Shown here: one piece after another, positions 1 through 10,359 of the stretch | Position numbering within the stretch: the stretch's first letter is position 1 | Layout: every line of letters starts with the position of its first letter | Origin: Thermococcus kodakarensis KOD1 | GTDB taxonomy: Archaea; Methanobacteriota_B; Thermococci; Thermococcales; Thermococcaceae | Length of the DNA: 32,000 nt | Assembly: GCF_000009965.1 (NCBI RefSeq) | Contig: NC_006624.1 | Span: forward strand, 30,001-62,000 | Direction of reading: 5' to 3' | Notes under the pieces: model-generated | Databases searched by the model: none | The model's input: only the letters and a program-made list of their open reading frames with translations | Told to the model about the DNA's origin: nothing | Position numbers and translations under genes: made by a program

Positions 1-681
1 TCCTCGGGGTTCCCATCGGGGTATTCTTTCTCGCACCAGTTTGGGTCGCTCTACGCGTTCTCCCTCGATGGAAGGCCCCTATGGAACATAACCCTCGGCC
101 ACTGGGTCAGGGACATGGAGGTGTGGAACGGCAGTGCGCTCCTGGGAACGGGCTTTGACAATTCAAGGGGCGAGATTTATCTGGTGTCCCCCAATGGAGA
201 AGTACTGATGAAGGGGAGTGCCTTCTATGTGGAGGACATCCTCGTGGTTGGGGACACCGCTTATGTCTCGGGGTACAATGGGCAAAACGGCAGTGTGATG
301 TCCTTGAAGCTTCCGTCGGGCCAGGTGATCTGGGAGCAAGAGCTTCCATATAGGGCCAAAGTGATGGCCTACTCAGACGGTCTCCTCCTGGTTGGCGTGG
401 GTAAGTTTGAGCAGAAGACCGAGAACGGTACAACGTACATCTACAGCGTCGGTTCCCTCTATGCTCTTGACCCAGAGAGCGGAGAAGTCGTTGGAAGTGT
501 CTCTAACACCGGCTATGTAAGGAGCATCGCAGTTCTCGGTGACAGAGCTGTTGTTGGGACTGCCAGTTCGGAGTTCTACGTGATTGACGTCAGTGCCCTC
601 AAGGGCAAAAATGGAACGTGTGGGCCGGCGGGTATAGTCCTGCTGGCTGTACTATTTGGGCTTCTGATTAAGAGACTTTGA
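1..681 (+). CDS. Surface/secreted PQQ-like beta-propeller repeat protein, 5'-truncated by the window edge, with CGP-CTERM-type anchor
   Basis: Frame 1 is open from nt 1, with no stop before the listed M at 115, so the CDS enters from upstream. Blade-like motifs recur (SLYAFSLDGRPLW, EIYLVSPNGEVL, SLYALDPESGEVV). The C-terminus GTCGPAGIVLLAVLFGLLIKRL is Cys-Gly-Pro, a hydrophobic helix and a basic tail. Confidence 0.6.
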   Translation, partial: SSGFPSGYSFSHQFGSLYAFSLDGRPLWNITLGHWVRDMEVWNGSALLGTGFDNSRGEIYLVSPNGEVLMKGSAFYVEDILVVGDTAYVSGYNGQNGSVMSLKLPSGQVIWEQELPYRAKVMAYSDGLLLVGVGKFEQKTENGTTYIYSVGSLYALDPESGEVVGSVSNTGYVRSIAVLGDRAVVGTASSEFYVIDVSALKGKNGTCGPAGIVLLAVLFGLLIKRL

Positions 682-684
682 GAA

Positions 685-699
685 TTTTGCTTTTTTCTT
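685..699 (+). terminator. Oligo-T terminator after the propeller-protein gene
   Basis: TTTTGCTTTTTTCTT lies 4 nt after the stop (679-681). Archaeal RNAP terminates on T-tracts. Confidence 0.4.
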
Positions 700-842
700 A
701 ATCTATTTGTCGAACAACCTGTGTTGGATATCCTGCAACTGATTGGTAATAAAATTCTATGTTGAAGGGTGGCAATGTGACTGGATGTTCTCTTATTAAT
801 GGGCGTTAAGGCTAAATAAGGGACATAGTCTATACGAAAAAG

Positions 843-849
843 TTATATA
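843..849 (+). promoter_or_regulatory. TATA box of the wHTH regulator gene
   Basis: AAAAGTTATATAC has a purine-rich BRE-like 5' flank. The predicted TSS is ~870-876, just upstream of the 880 and 937 candidate starts. Confidence 0.45.
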
Positions 850-936
850 CTTTTCAACCGCTAATAAAACTGTGGCAACATGCTCAGTCAATATCAGCAG
901 GCTACAATCAGCCACAGAATTTCCGGAGGTGACAGG

Positions 937-1266
937 ATGAACTCGGTAGTAATCGAACCACAGGTATTGCGCTCCCTTCACCGCAGCGAGCTCAGAAAGA
1001 GGATATTGATGTATCTCAATGAGATATACCCATCCGCAACTTACCTGTCCGAGATAGCTCGGGTAATCGGCTCGGACCCCTCCAACGTCCGTGGGGCGCT
1101 GGTGGGTCTTGGGAATAGGTACAACAACGAAAGCTCCCTCGTTTACCTGGGTCTTGTCGAGGAGATAAGCAGGAACGGCTTCAAGTACTACCGTCTCACA
1201 GAGTACGGCAAGAGGGTCGTGGACTACCTCAGGGAGTACCACCGCTATTATCGGCGCTTCCTGTGA
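937..1266 (+). CDS. Small winged-helix transcriptional regulator linked to the archaellum operon (the hth gene position of the Pyrococcus fla locus)
   Basis: ATG at 937 is preceded by GGAGGTGACAGG (strong SD). The ORF-track start at 880 is an alternative, near-leaderless start. The sequence LRKRILMYLNE...TYLSEIARVIGSDPSNVRGALVGL...YYRLTEYGKRV fits HTH plus wing. It sits directly upstream of the methyltransferase and flaB genes. Confidence 0.7.
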   Translation: MNSVVIEPQVLRSLHRSELRKRILMYLNEIYPSATYLSEIARVIGSDPSNVRGALVGLGNRYNNESSLVYLGLVEEISRNGFKYYRLTEYGKRVVDYLREYHRYYRRFL

Positions 1267-1275
1267 GGTGGAGAG

Positions 1276-2235
1276 ATGCCCACCTCCCTAGTTCGCGCCG
1301 TCGATACCAACCTAGACCTTATGACCGAGATGTCCCTATTTTTTATAATCTCCCTTGGGGTAAAGCGCGGTATTTTTTCAGCGCTTTCAAAGCGGCCGTC
1401 CCTTTCAAGGTTCATGGACGAAGTTAGGATCCCAAACAGAAGGCTCCTTTCCCGCTTTCTGGCGACCCTCGACAGACTGGGCATGGTCAAAACGACCAAC
1501 GATCACATTGAGCTGGCGGAATTCTCTCACAACCTTGTCGTTGCGGCAGAACGGTACGGTGCCCTGGTTTCAGACTGGGCATCCGTTCTTGAGGAGATAT
1601 ACAAGATGGCTGACTACGCTTTCATAACCCCCACTCATCCCCAGATCCTTATGGACTTCGATAAGGACGCCGACTTCTGGGACATGAGAATGAGCACCTC
1701 ATTTTCCAACCTCTATCGTAGGGCTATAGCCGAAGTTGCAGAGATAAAACCTGGCATGTCGGTCCTGGATATCGGCTGTGGGTCGGTTTCTCCCTCTTAT
1801 TTCGGCAGGCTCGTTGGCTACAACGGCTTTTATCTGGGTTTGGATTACTCTTATGCCCTCCTGGACATAGCCCGGGCCAGAATCGCGGGCGAGGCCCTCC
1901 CCGTTGTCCTCAAGGAGATTGATGCTACCATTATACGCCCGGTGAACTCTTACGACGTTGTGATAATGAGCTTTGTCCTTGAGTACATCCAGAACAGGAA
2001 AAGGGCCATAAAAAACGCCCTTGAGGGCCTCAGGGAAGGGGGAAAGCTCGTTATCGTTGATCCCTTCCGGGACAGGTTTAAGTACGTCCCAGCGCTGGAG
2101 TTTTTTGAGGCTCTTAACAAGGACTTTGTAGGGTTTCCCTCGGTTTCAGAGATAGAGGGGATAGTTTCCAGTTTGAACTTCAAAGTGAGTGTAAGGTCTC
2201 CGAGCAGGAGCGTTCTTCTTCTGGAAAAATTATGA
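1276..2235 (+). CDS. Class I SAM-dependent methyltransferase with N-terminal wHTH/dimerisation-like domain (fla-locus met gene)
   Basis: SD GAGGTGGAGAG precedes the ATG. SAM motif I is VLDIGCGSV and a post-I acidic residue occurs in LGLDYS. The N-terminal ~90 aa resemble the wHTH dimerisation domain of COMT-type O-methyltransferases. The start is 9 nt after the regulator stop. Confidence 0.8.
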   Translation: MPTSLVRAVDTNLDLMTEMSLFFIISLGVKRGIFSALSKRPSLSRFMDEVRIPNRRLLSRFLATLDRLGMVKTTNDHIELAEFSHNLVVAAERYGALVSDWASVLEEIYKMADYAFITPTHPQILMDFDKDADFWDMRMSTSFSNLYRRAIAEVAEIKPGMSVLDIGCGSVSPSYFGRLVGYNGFYLGLDYSYALLDIARARIAGEALPVVLKEIDATIIRPVNSYDVVIMSFVLEYIQNRKRAIKNALEGLREGGKLVIVDPFRDRFKYVPALEFFEALNKDFVGFPSVSEIEGIVSSLNFKVSVRSPSRSVLLLEKL

Positions 2236-2238
2236 GTT

Positions 2239-2253
2239 CTTATTTTTTTGTTT
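2239..2253 (+). terminator. Oligo-T terminator after the methyltransferase gene
   Basis: TTATTTTTTTGTTT lies directly after the stop at 2233-2235. Confidence 0.45.
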
Positions 2254-2277
2254 GTGTACCTACATATGTAGGTACAC
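2254..2277. promoter_or_regulatory. Perfect 24-bp palindrome upstream of the fla promoter (candidate activator/operator site)
   Basis: GTGTACCTACATATGTAGGTACAC equals its own reverse complement. It contains TACATA on both strands and lies ~33 bp upstream of the fla TATA box. TACAC half-site-like copies follow at 2273 and 2285. Confidence 0.6.
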
Positions 2278-2309
2278 TCCTACTTACACTACCAACAACA
2301 AAAAAGGCC

Positions 2310-2319
2310 TTTATATAAT
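2310..2319 (+). promoter_or_regulatory. fla operon BRE/TATA promoter
   Basis: AAAAAAGGCC-TTTATATAAT. The predicted TSS is ~2340, the SD AGGGGGTG is at 2351-2358, and the flaB1 ATG is at 2367. Confidence 0.65.
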
Positions 2320-2366
2320 CCCGTTGTAAAGATTAGTGCAAAGAACCCCTAGGGGGTGCGTGGCTA

Positions 2367-3251
2367 ATGAAGACCAGAACAAGGAAAGGTGCGGTTGGTA
2401 TTGGAACCCTGATTGTTTTCATAGCCATGGTTCTAGTGGCGGCAGTGGCCGCGGCAGTGCTGATCAACACGAGCGGCTACCTGCAGCAGAAGAGCCAGGC
2501 TACTGGAAGAGAGACCACCCAGGAAGTAGCCAGCGGAATAAAGGTCGAGAGAGTCGTCGGTAAGACAGACCTCCCGTATACCAACATTGGATCCGATTCA
2601 ACGGAGCTTGATTACATAAGGCAGCTCGCCATCTACGTCAGCCCGAACGCCGGAAGCTCGGGAATCGACCTCAGCAACACCAAGGTCATTCTCAGCAACG
2701 GTGAGAAGGAGGCCGTTCTCAAGTACGCTGGTGGACCGGATGATGATTACGACGCATTCACCAAGGGCGTCCAGAACGACATTTTTGACCTGTACTTTAA
2801 GTATTCATCAGATGGTACCAACTGGAATAATGAGCACAGTGGTCTCGCCGCTTGGAAGAACCTCTACTACACGGGTACCAACCACGACCCGGCCAAGAAC
2901 TTCGGTATCATCGTCATCCAGGACGCCGACAACAGCCTCACCGAAGACTACCCGACCCTCAACAAGGGCGACCTCGTAGTCCTCACGGTCCTCGTTGGAA
3001 GCCTTGAGGAGTACACAGGTAATCCTTCAAATGACGACAATGCTGTCTACGAAACTGGTGGCGCCAAGTACGACTACATTGACGTTAATGGCAATAGCGA
3101 TACTACTGATACCATACAGGGCGTCTTCGGCGAGGGAATCCCCGCCGGTACCAAGATCACCGGTGAGGTCGTTCCGGAGTTCGGCGCTCCTGGCGTCATC
3201 GAGTTCACCACCCCGAGCACCTACACTGAGGCCGTTATGGAGCTCCAGTGA
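2367..3251 (+). CDS. flaB1: Archaellin FlaB1 (ArlB family), 294 aa
   Basis: MKTRTRKG|[34 protein letters not shown] is a class III signal peptide plus the archaellin hydrophobic N-domain. The shared C-terminal block is [25 protein letters not shown]. Confidence 0.95.
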   Translation: MKTRTRKGAVGIGTLIVFIAMVLVAAVAAAVLINTSGYLQQKSQATGRETTQEVASGIKVERVVGKTDLPYTNIGSDSTELDYIRQLAIYVSPNAGSSGIDLSNTKVILSNGEKEAVLKYAGGPDDDYDAFTKGVQNDIFDLYFKYSSDGTNWNNEHSGLAAWKNLYYTGTNHDPAKNFGIIVIQDADNSLTEDYPTLNKGDLVVLTVLVGSLEEYTGNPSNDDNAVYETGGAKYDYIDVNGNSDTTDTIQGVFGEGIPAGTKITGEVVPEFGAPGVIEFTTPSTYTEAVMELQ

Positions 3252-3284
3252 TGTCATTTCCTTTCCACATTATTGAGGAGGTGA

Positions 3285-5033
<1,749 letters not shown>

Positions 5034-5047
5034 GGGGGTGATGAGAG

Positions 5048-5824
5048 ATGAGGTTCCTTAAGAAGCGTGGTGCGGTTGGTATTGGAACTTTGATAGTGTT
5101 CATCGCCATGGTGCTCGTTGCGGCAGTTGCCGCGGCAGTGCTCATCAACACCAGCGGCTACCTCCAGCAGAAGAGCCAGAGCACTGGAAGGCAAACCACC
5201 GAGGAGGTAGCCAGCGGAATAAAGGTAACGAGCATCGTTGGCTATGCACCATACGACGATAGCAACAAGGTGTACAAGCCAATAAGCAAGCTTGCCATCT
5301 ACGTCAGCCCGAACGCCGGAAGTGCCGGCATCGACATGAAGAAGGTCAGGGTAATACTCAGCGACGGCAGTATCGAGGCCGTGTTGAAGTATGACAATTC
5401 GGACGCTGACAGTGATGGAACGCTTGACAAAGACGTCTTCGCCGTCGGCATGCCCGACAACGTGTTTGAGGATGACACCGGCACAACGGCCTACGATGGC
5501 GATCAGTACATCACCTGGAGCGAACTCAACGACAAGACCTTCGGCATCATAGTCGTCCAGGACAGCGACGGCTCCCTCAAGCCGCTCACCCCGACCCTCA
5601 ACAAGGGTGACATCGCCATAATCGCCGTCAGGGTTGGCAATTATTACGTTGACAGCAACGGTAACCTCCAGGCATACTCACCCACACCAGATGGCGTCTT
5701 CGGCGAAGGCATCAAGCCCAACACCCACATAACCGGCCAGGTCGTTCCGGAGCACGGTGCCCCTGGCGTCATTGACTTCACCACACCGTCAACCTATACC
5801 CAGAGCGTCATGGAGCTCCAGTGA
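5048..5824 (+). CDS. flaB3: Archaellin FlaB3, 258 aa
   Basis: MRFLKKRG|[35 protein letters not shown]-terminal [36 protein letters not shown]. Confidence 0.95.
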   Translation: MRFLKKRGAVGIGTLIVFIAMVLVAAVAAAVLINTSGYLQQKSQSTGRQTTEEVASGIKVTSIVGYAPYDDSNKVYKPISKLAIYVSPNAGSAGIDMKKVRVILSDGSIEAVLKYDNSDADSDGTLDKDVFAVGMPDNVFEDDTGTTAYDGDQYITWSELNDKTFGIIVVQDSDGSLKPLTPTLNKGDIAIIAVRVGNYYVDSNGNLQAYSPTPDGVFGEGIKPNTHITGQVVPEHGAPGVIDFTTPSTYTQSVMELQ

Positions 5825-5881
5825 TTCCAGCGGCTCTTCTTTCTCCCTTTCGTTCTTTAACAACCCTTTGGAGGTGGTGCT

Positions 5882-6541
5882 ATGCGTAGGAGGGGAGCAA
5901 TAGGCATCGGCACGCTGATCGTCTTCATCGCAATGGTGCTGGTTGCTGCAGTGGCCGCAGGGGTCATCATCGGTACAGCGGGCTACCTTGAGCAGAAGGC
6001 TCAGGCCGCTGGCAGGCAGACCACACAGGAGGTAGCCAGCGGAATAAAGGTGCTCAACGTCTACGGCTACACCAACGCCACACCCCCGAGCAACGGCACA
6101 ATAGAGAGGATGGCTATCTTCATAACTCCCAACGCAGGCAGTGAGGGCATCGACCTGAGCAACGTTAAGATAGTTCTCAGCGACGGAAGGAGGCTGGTCG
6201 TTTACAACTACTCGGGTAGCTTCCAGAACGCCGAGAGCGTTAAGGACCTCTTCAACATGACCTACGTTGGCGTGTGGAACAGCACAAATGGAACGGCCAG
6301 CTTTGGCATAGCCGTCATCAACGACATAGGCAGCGAGATGCAGGGAACCCACCCGACGCTTGAGTTCGGTGACATGGTCGCGCTATGCGTCTGGACGACG
6401 ATGTTCGAGTACGAGGATAAGGACGGCATAGGCCCGAGCACCAGGATAACCGGAAAGGTCATCCCCGAGAGGGGCGCCGCCGGTGTGCTCGACTTCACCA
6501 CGCCGGCCACGTTCAGCTACAACGTGATGGTGCTCCAGTGA
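5882..6541 (+). CDS. flaB4: Archaellin FlaB4, 219 aa
   Basis: MRRRG|[35 protein letters not shown]-terminal [34 protein letters not shown]. Confidence 0.95.
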   Translation: MRRRGAIGIGTLIVFIAMVLVAAVAAGVIIGTAGYLEQKAQAAGRQTTQEVASGIKVLNVYGYTNATPPSNGTIERMAIFITPNAGSEGIDLSNVKIVLSDGRRLVVYNYSGSFQNAESVKDLFNMTYVGVWNSTNGTASFGIAVINDIGSEMQGTHPTLEFGDMVALCVWTTMFEYEDKDGIGPSTRITGKVIPERGAAGVLDFTTPATFSYNVMVLQ

Positions 6542-6552
6542 GGTGATGTGAG

Positions 6553-7380
6553 ATGAGGAGGGGAGCAATAGGCATTGGAACGCTCATCGTGTTCATTGCC
6601 ATGGTGCTGGTTGCCGCGGTGGCCGCTGGAGTGCTCATAAGCACCAGCGGCTACCTCCAGCAGAAGGCAATGAGCGCCGGCAGGCAGACCACCCAGGAGG
6701 TCGCGAGCGGAATTAAGGTGCTCAACGTCTACGGCTACATCAACGGTTCAACACCCGGCGCCCACAATATAACCAGACTCGTCCTCTACGTCAGCCCGAA
6801 TGCCGGATCCGGTGGCATTGACCTTGCCCACGTTAAGGTCGTCATAAGCGACGGCAAGAGGATGGCCGTTTATCGTTACTACGACCCCAATGAGGACAAA
6901 AACAGTGATATCCAGCCAGCTTACATCCACTACACAGGGGACATCGCTAACGTCTTTGCCTATGAGAAGTGGGAGCCGTACTATAAAGGTAAGTACCCCA
7001 CCGGGTTTGACCCCAACAATAAGTTCTACATAACGGACAACATCGACATAAGCGCCGTCTGGTGGAACCTCTACAGCGCCTACAACAAGACCAGTAATAA
7101 TGATAAGGACTACGGTAAACTCCTCTTTGGAATTGCGGTCGTTCAGGACGGTGACGAGAGCCTTGACAGTGAGAACCACCCCAGCCTCAGCTGGGGTGAC
7201 ATAGCGGCCATTATGCTGTGGACGTTCCCGTTTGATGATAACAACAATCCGATCGATGGATTCGGTCTGCCACCGAGCACCAAGGTCACCGGAAAGGTCA
7301 TACCTGAGAACGGTGCGGGCGGCGTCATAGACTTCACAACACCATCGACGTATACTGACAACATACTGGAACTCCAGTGA
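6553..7380 (+). CDS. flaB5: Archaellin FlaB5, 275 aa
   Basis: MRRG|[35 protein letters not shown]-terminal [38 protein letters not shown]. Confidence 0.95.
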   Translation: MRRGAIGIGTLIVFIAMVLVAAVAAGVLISTSGYLQQKAMSAGRQTTQEVASGIKVLNVYGYINGSTPGAHNITRLVLYVSPNAGSGGIDLAHVKVVISDGKRMAVYRYYDPNEDKNSDIQPAYIHYTGDIANVFAYEKWEPYYKGKYPTGFDPNNKFYITDNIDISAVWWNLYSAYNKTSNNDKDYGKLLFGIAVVQDGDESLDSENHPSLSWGDIAAIMLWTFPFDDNNNPIDGFGLPPSTKVTGKVIPENGAGGVIDFTTPSTYTDNILELQ

Positions 7381-7393
7381 TGGGGGTGGGCTT

Positions 7394-7870
7394 ATGGCGC
7401 TAGATTTCCTTTCATCTTTATTCAAGAAGAAAAAGACGGAAAGCCCCGCCCCCGAGGAAGAGCACATCGACCTGGAGGAACTTGAAGAGGCCGTCGAGAA
7501 CAGGGAGGAGAACGAACAGCTGAACCAGCTTATGGAGAGGGTCAACGAGATAGAGAACGACCTCCCGAGGATAAAGATAGGCATTGACACCCTCAAGAAG
7601 CAGATGCAGGAGCTGAGGGACGAGATAGACAGGCTTGACAAGACCATCAAAGACGTCATGATGCTCTACGAGGTCATAAGCCAGGAGATAAACCCGTTCA
7701 AGGAGCAGATGAGCCAGGAAAACCCGCTCTCCAGCGAAATTCAGGACATCAGAAAGGAGCTTGAAGACCTCAAGCTCGAAATAGCACAGATCAAAAACGA
7801 CATTAAGGTGCTCGCAGGATATGGTGTTGATCTGGACTCGATCATATACGAGGTCCTAGCGGAGGTGTGA
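7394..7870 (+). CDS. flaC: Archaellum accessory protein FlaC (coiled coil)
   Basis: 158-aa heptad-rich acidic protein (ENDLPRIKIGIDTLKKQMQELRDEIDRLDKTIKDV) in the canonical position after the archaellins. SD GGGGGTGGG. Confidence 0.8.
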   Translation: MALDFLSSLFKKKKTESPAPEEEHIDLEELEEAVENREENEQLNQLMERVNEIENDLPRIKIGIDTLKKQMQELRDEIDRLDKTIKDVMMLYEVISQEINPFKEQMSQENPLSSEIQDIRKELEDLKLEIAQIKNDIKVLAGYGVDLDSIIYEVLAEV

Positions 7871-7873
7871 CGC

Positions 7874-9298
7874 ATGGAGATGGCAAGGCTCGTCACAGAG
7901 GCAGACATCAACGCCAAGCTTTCAGAGCTGAAGGGCAAGGTTCCCAGCGTCATAATCAACGAACTCAGGGAGAAGCTCATAGCCAGAAAGGACAACCTCA
8001 CCTACGAGCAGCTGGAGAAGATAGTCAAGAAGGTGCTGGAAACCTACGGCAACCAGGTGACCAAGTACGAGGAACTCAGCAAGAGAGTTGACGAGCTCGG
8101 CAAGAGGCTGACCGACCTCAGCATGCAGCTCACCAGGCTCGTTGAGACCCTTGAAACAGCAAAGTTTGACGTCCACGAAAAGAAGGCTGAGAAGGTCTCT
8201 GAAAAGGTAGAGGAAGTCCACGAGAAGATCGGAAAGCTTGAGGAAATCCTTGAGGGTGGAGAAGAGAAGGAAGAAGTTCCGTCTGAGGTTGTTCAGAAGC
8301 TCGAAGAGCTCCACAAGAAGATCGAGGAGCTTGAGGAGAAGGTGGAAGCTAAGACCGCTGCCGAGAAGCTTGAAGAAGCCCAAGAAAGGCTCGAAGAGCT
8401 CCAGGAGAAAATACGGGCTGGAGAAGAGGTCAGCGAGGAAGAGCTCGCTGAGGCCGAGAGGGCGGTTGCCGAGGCCCAGGAGGAAGTTGCCCGCGCCGAG
8501 GAGCAGGAAATCGAAGAGGCACCGATTCCGGCGGAAGAGAGTGAGGAAGTCTCAATTCCTGCGGAGATAGAGGAGGTCCCCACGGAGGAGACCGTTGAAG
8601 TCCCCGCAGAGGTTGTTCCTGAAGAAGCTCAGCCTGAGGCTGTAGAAGAAGTTCCCGAGGTTGGTGTCGAGGAGGTAGCCCCCGAAGCGGAGGAAGCACC
8701 TTTGGAGGTGCAGCCTGAGGAAGTTGTCCCGGCCGAAGAGGCCGCTCCCGAGATGGAAATGGAAGTTGAAGCCCTCCCGCAGGAGGAAGCCCCCGAAGAG
8801 GTTTCGGTTGAAGAGGTTCCCGCTCACGAAGTTGTTGAGGAAGAAAAGAAGGAGGAAGGTGGTGTTGAGATGGCAAGCCAGCTTCAGATTCCCGAGGATA
8901 TAGCTAGTCTCCTCTTCGAGGAGGAGCCGAGGAAGGCCAGGCTTGAGAAGCTTCCCGAGGACATAGTCTCGACCATGATAGCGCTCAAGTGGCTCGGCTT
9001 CCTGATTGACAGGGTCGGAATACAGAACCTTGAGAGGGTGCTGGAGTTCTACTACGAGATAGGCTGGATAAGCGAGGAAGTCCTTAACCAGCTCCTCAAC
9101 TACGCCAGGGGAACAAGGCCGCACCACAGAGACCCAGAGTGGAAACCAGCCGAGAAGCTAACTGTCCAGGACCACCTCATAAGCCTGCTCTTCATCGAGA
9201 GGCTCAGGGGTCTCAAGATAAACAGGGCAGTCCTTGACAAGCTTGAAAGGGAAATCAAGATGCTCGAAAAGACCCTCGATGAGTTCTACGGAATCTGA
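7874..9298 (+). CDS. flaD: Archaellum accessory protein FlaD (FlaD/E family) with long acidic Glu/Pro/Val-rich linker
   Basis: N-terminal coiled coil. The C-terminal segment ALKWLGFLIDRVGIQNLERVLEFYYEIGWISEEVLNQL matches the conserved FlaD/E domain. SD GGAGGTG overlaps the flaC end. Confidence 0.85.
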   Translation: MEMARLVTEADINAKLSELKGKVPSVIINELREKLIARKDNLTYEQLEKIVKKVLETYGNQVTKYEELSKRVDELGKRLTDLSMQLTRLVETLETAKFDVHEKKAEKVSEKVEEVHEKIGKLEEILEGGEEKEEVPSEVVQKLEELHKKIEELEEKVEAKTAAEKLEEAQERLEELQEKIRAGEEVSEEELAEAERAVAEAQEEVARAEEQEIEEAPIPAEESEEVSIPAEIEEVPTEETVEVPAEVVPEEAQPEAVEEVPEVGVEEVAPEAEEAPLEVQPEEVVPAEEAAPEMEMEVEALPQEEAPEEVSVEEVPAHEVVEEEKKEEGGVEMASQLQIPEDIASLLFEEEPRKARLEKLPEDIVSTMIALKWLGFLIDRVGIQNLERVLEFYYEIGWISEEVLNQLLNYARGTRPHHRDPEWKPAEKLTVQDHLISLLFIERLRGLKINRAVLDKLEREIKMLEKTLDEFYGI

Positions 9299-9322
9299 GG
9301 CACAAAAATCGGGGGGCGGCCT

Positions 9323-9847
9323 ATGGGGTTCAGCGTGTCAGCGAGTGCAGCGATCATCTTTATCTCATTTTTAATAGCCGCCAGCACACTCTATACTGCA
9401 TGGGACAACACCTACACCACTGTCCAGGCCGCCCGGGAGGATTGGTACGAGCTGAAGCTTTCCCAGCTGAATACGCTCGTTGGATTGAACGCGTCGGTTG
9501 GAGAGTATTCGGTTTCCATCACTAATGGATATTACAACGTCACGCTCTACATTCAGAACTCTGGGGACACCCTCTATGTTTCAGGTTGGAGCGCGATTTA
9601 CGACGGTAAATATGCCACGATATACGACGTCTCCGACGATAACGTTGGTCTGCTTGATTATCGTCCATATCTGCTTCCGTCGGAGAGCGTTCCCATCAAC
9701 GTGACGAACATAAAGAGTGATAGTACCGTTCACAACCTCACCGTGGTGTTTGAAAACGGGTGTTGGCTCAGGATGAGCTGGCACTACACGGGAAGTTCTG
9801 TGGTGCTCGATGGCACCAGCGAGGGTTGTCCAGCGGAGGTGGGATGA
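9323..9847 (+). CDS. flaF: Archaellum protein FlaF
   Basis: MGFSVSASAAIIFISFLIAASTLYTAW is the archaellin-like N-terminal helix typical of FlaF, followed by a beta-rich domain. Operon position fits. Confidence 0.85.
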   Translation: MGFSVSASAAIIFISFLIAASTLYTAWDNTYTTVQAAREDWYELKLSQLNTLVGLNASVGEYSVSITNGYYNVTLYIQNSGDTLYVSGWSAIYDGKYATIYDVSDDNVGLLDYRPYLLPSESVPINVTNIKSDSTVHNLTVVFENGCWLRMSWHYTGSSVVLDGTSEGCPAEVG

Positions 9848-10332
9848 TGGCCGCAGGGGGACCAGCGAGCGAGCTGATAATGTTCATGGTGGCAGTGCTC
9901 GTCGCGGGGAGCGTCGCGGGGGCACTGGCCTATGTAACCACCGACATAGCTAACGGCATGAACGACAGAGGCGCTATGCTCGCCGATCAGCTCAGGACAG
10001 ACTTCGCGATAATCAACGATCCCACCAATATACCGGTAGCGGGAACTGGGCCGTACACATATACGTTTTACATCAAGAATATTGGCAAGACATCCATCCC
10101 GTTCACATCCGACGCCATTCAGGTCTTCATCAACGGGGAGATCGTACCTCCCGCAAACCTAGCCTTTACTGATGTTAACGGCAACTCAATAACATCCTTG
10201 CCCCCCTACGAAGTTGGGGTCATAGTGGTTACTAGGGAAACTGCCTTAACTCCAGGAAATTACTACAAGCTCACAGTGGTTCTTGAGAATGGCAAGAAGC
10301 GCAGCCTCGTGTTTAAGGCTCCATCTCCGTGA
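9844..10332 (+). CDS. flaG: Archaellum protein FlaG
   Basis: ATG at 9844 overlaps the flaF stop (ATGA) and follows GGAGGTGGG. MMAAGGPASELIMFMVAVLVAGSVAGALAY is a FlaG-type N-terminal helix. The ORF-track start at 9760 lies inside flaF and was rejected. Confidence 0.85.
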   Translation: MMAAGGPASELIMFMVAVLVAGSVAGALAYVTTDIANGMNDRGAMLADQLRTDFAIINDPTNIPVAGTGPYTYTFYIKNIGKTSIPFTSDAIQVFINGEIVPPANLAFTDVNGNSITSLPPYEVGVIVVTRETALTPGNYYKLTVVLENGKKRSLVFKAPSP

Positions 10333-10359
10333 GACCTGGGGTTAAATAACACCTTCCCG

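Noticed and set aside
5038-5044. GTGATGA upstream of flaB3
   Set aside because: It is part of the GGGGGTGAT ribosome-binding site. No CTGA lies at the required 12-nt distance.
6748-7659. 303-aa ORF on the minus strand
   Set aside because: It is fully antisense to flaB5 and flaC, which have unmistakable archaellin and FlaC signatures. The translated sequence is low-complexity Ser/Leu-rich with no SD or promoter. This is the typical stop-free shadow frame of GC-rich third-position coding.
8238-9127. Cluster of long overlapping ORFs on both strands (8238-8570 +, 8293-8583 -, 8430-8876 -, 8552-9127 -)
   Set aside because: All lie within the GAA/GAG/CCN-rich acidic linker of flaD. The repetitive codon composition removes stops in several frames, and the products are poly-R/K, poly-S or poly-P/L nonsense.
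9760-9843. N-terminal extension of flaG in the ORF track
   Set aside because: The extension lies inside flaF in another frame. ATG 9844, with GGAGGTGGG upstream and an ATGA overlap, gives the expected FlaG N-terminal hydrophobic helix.
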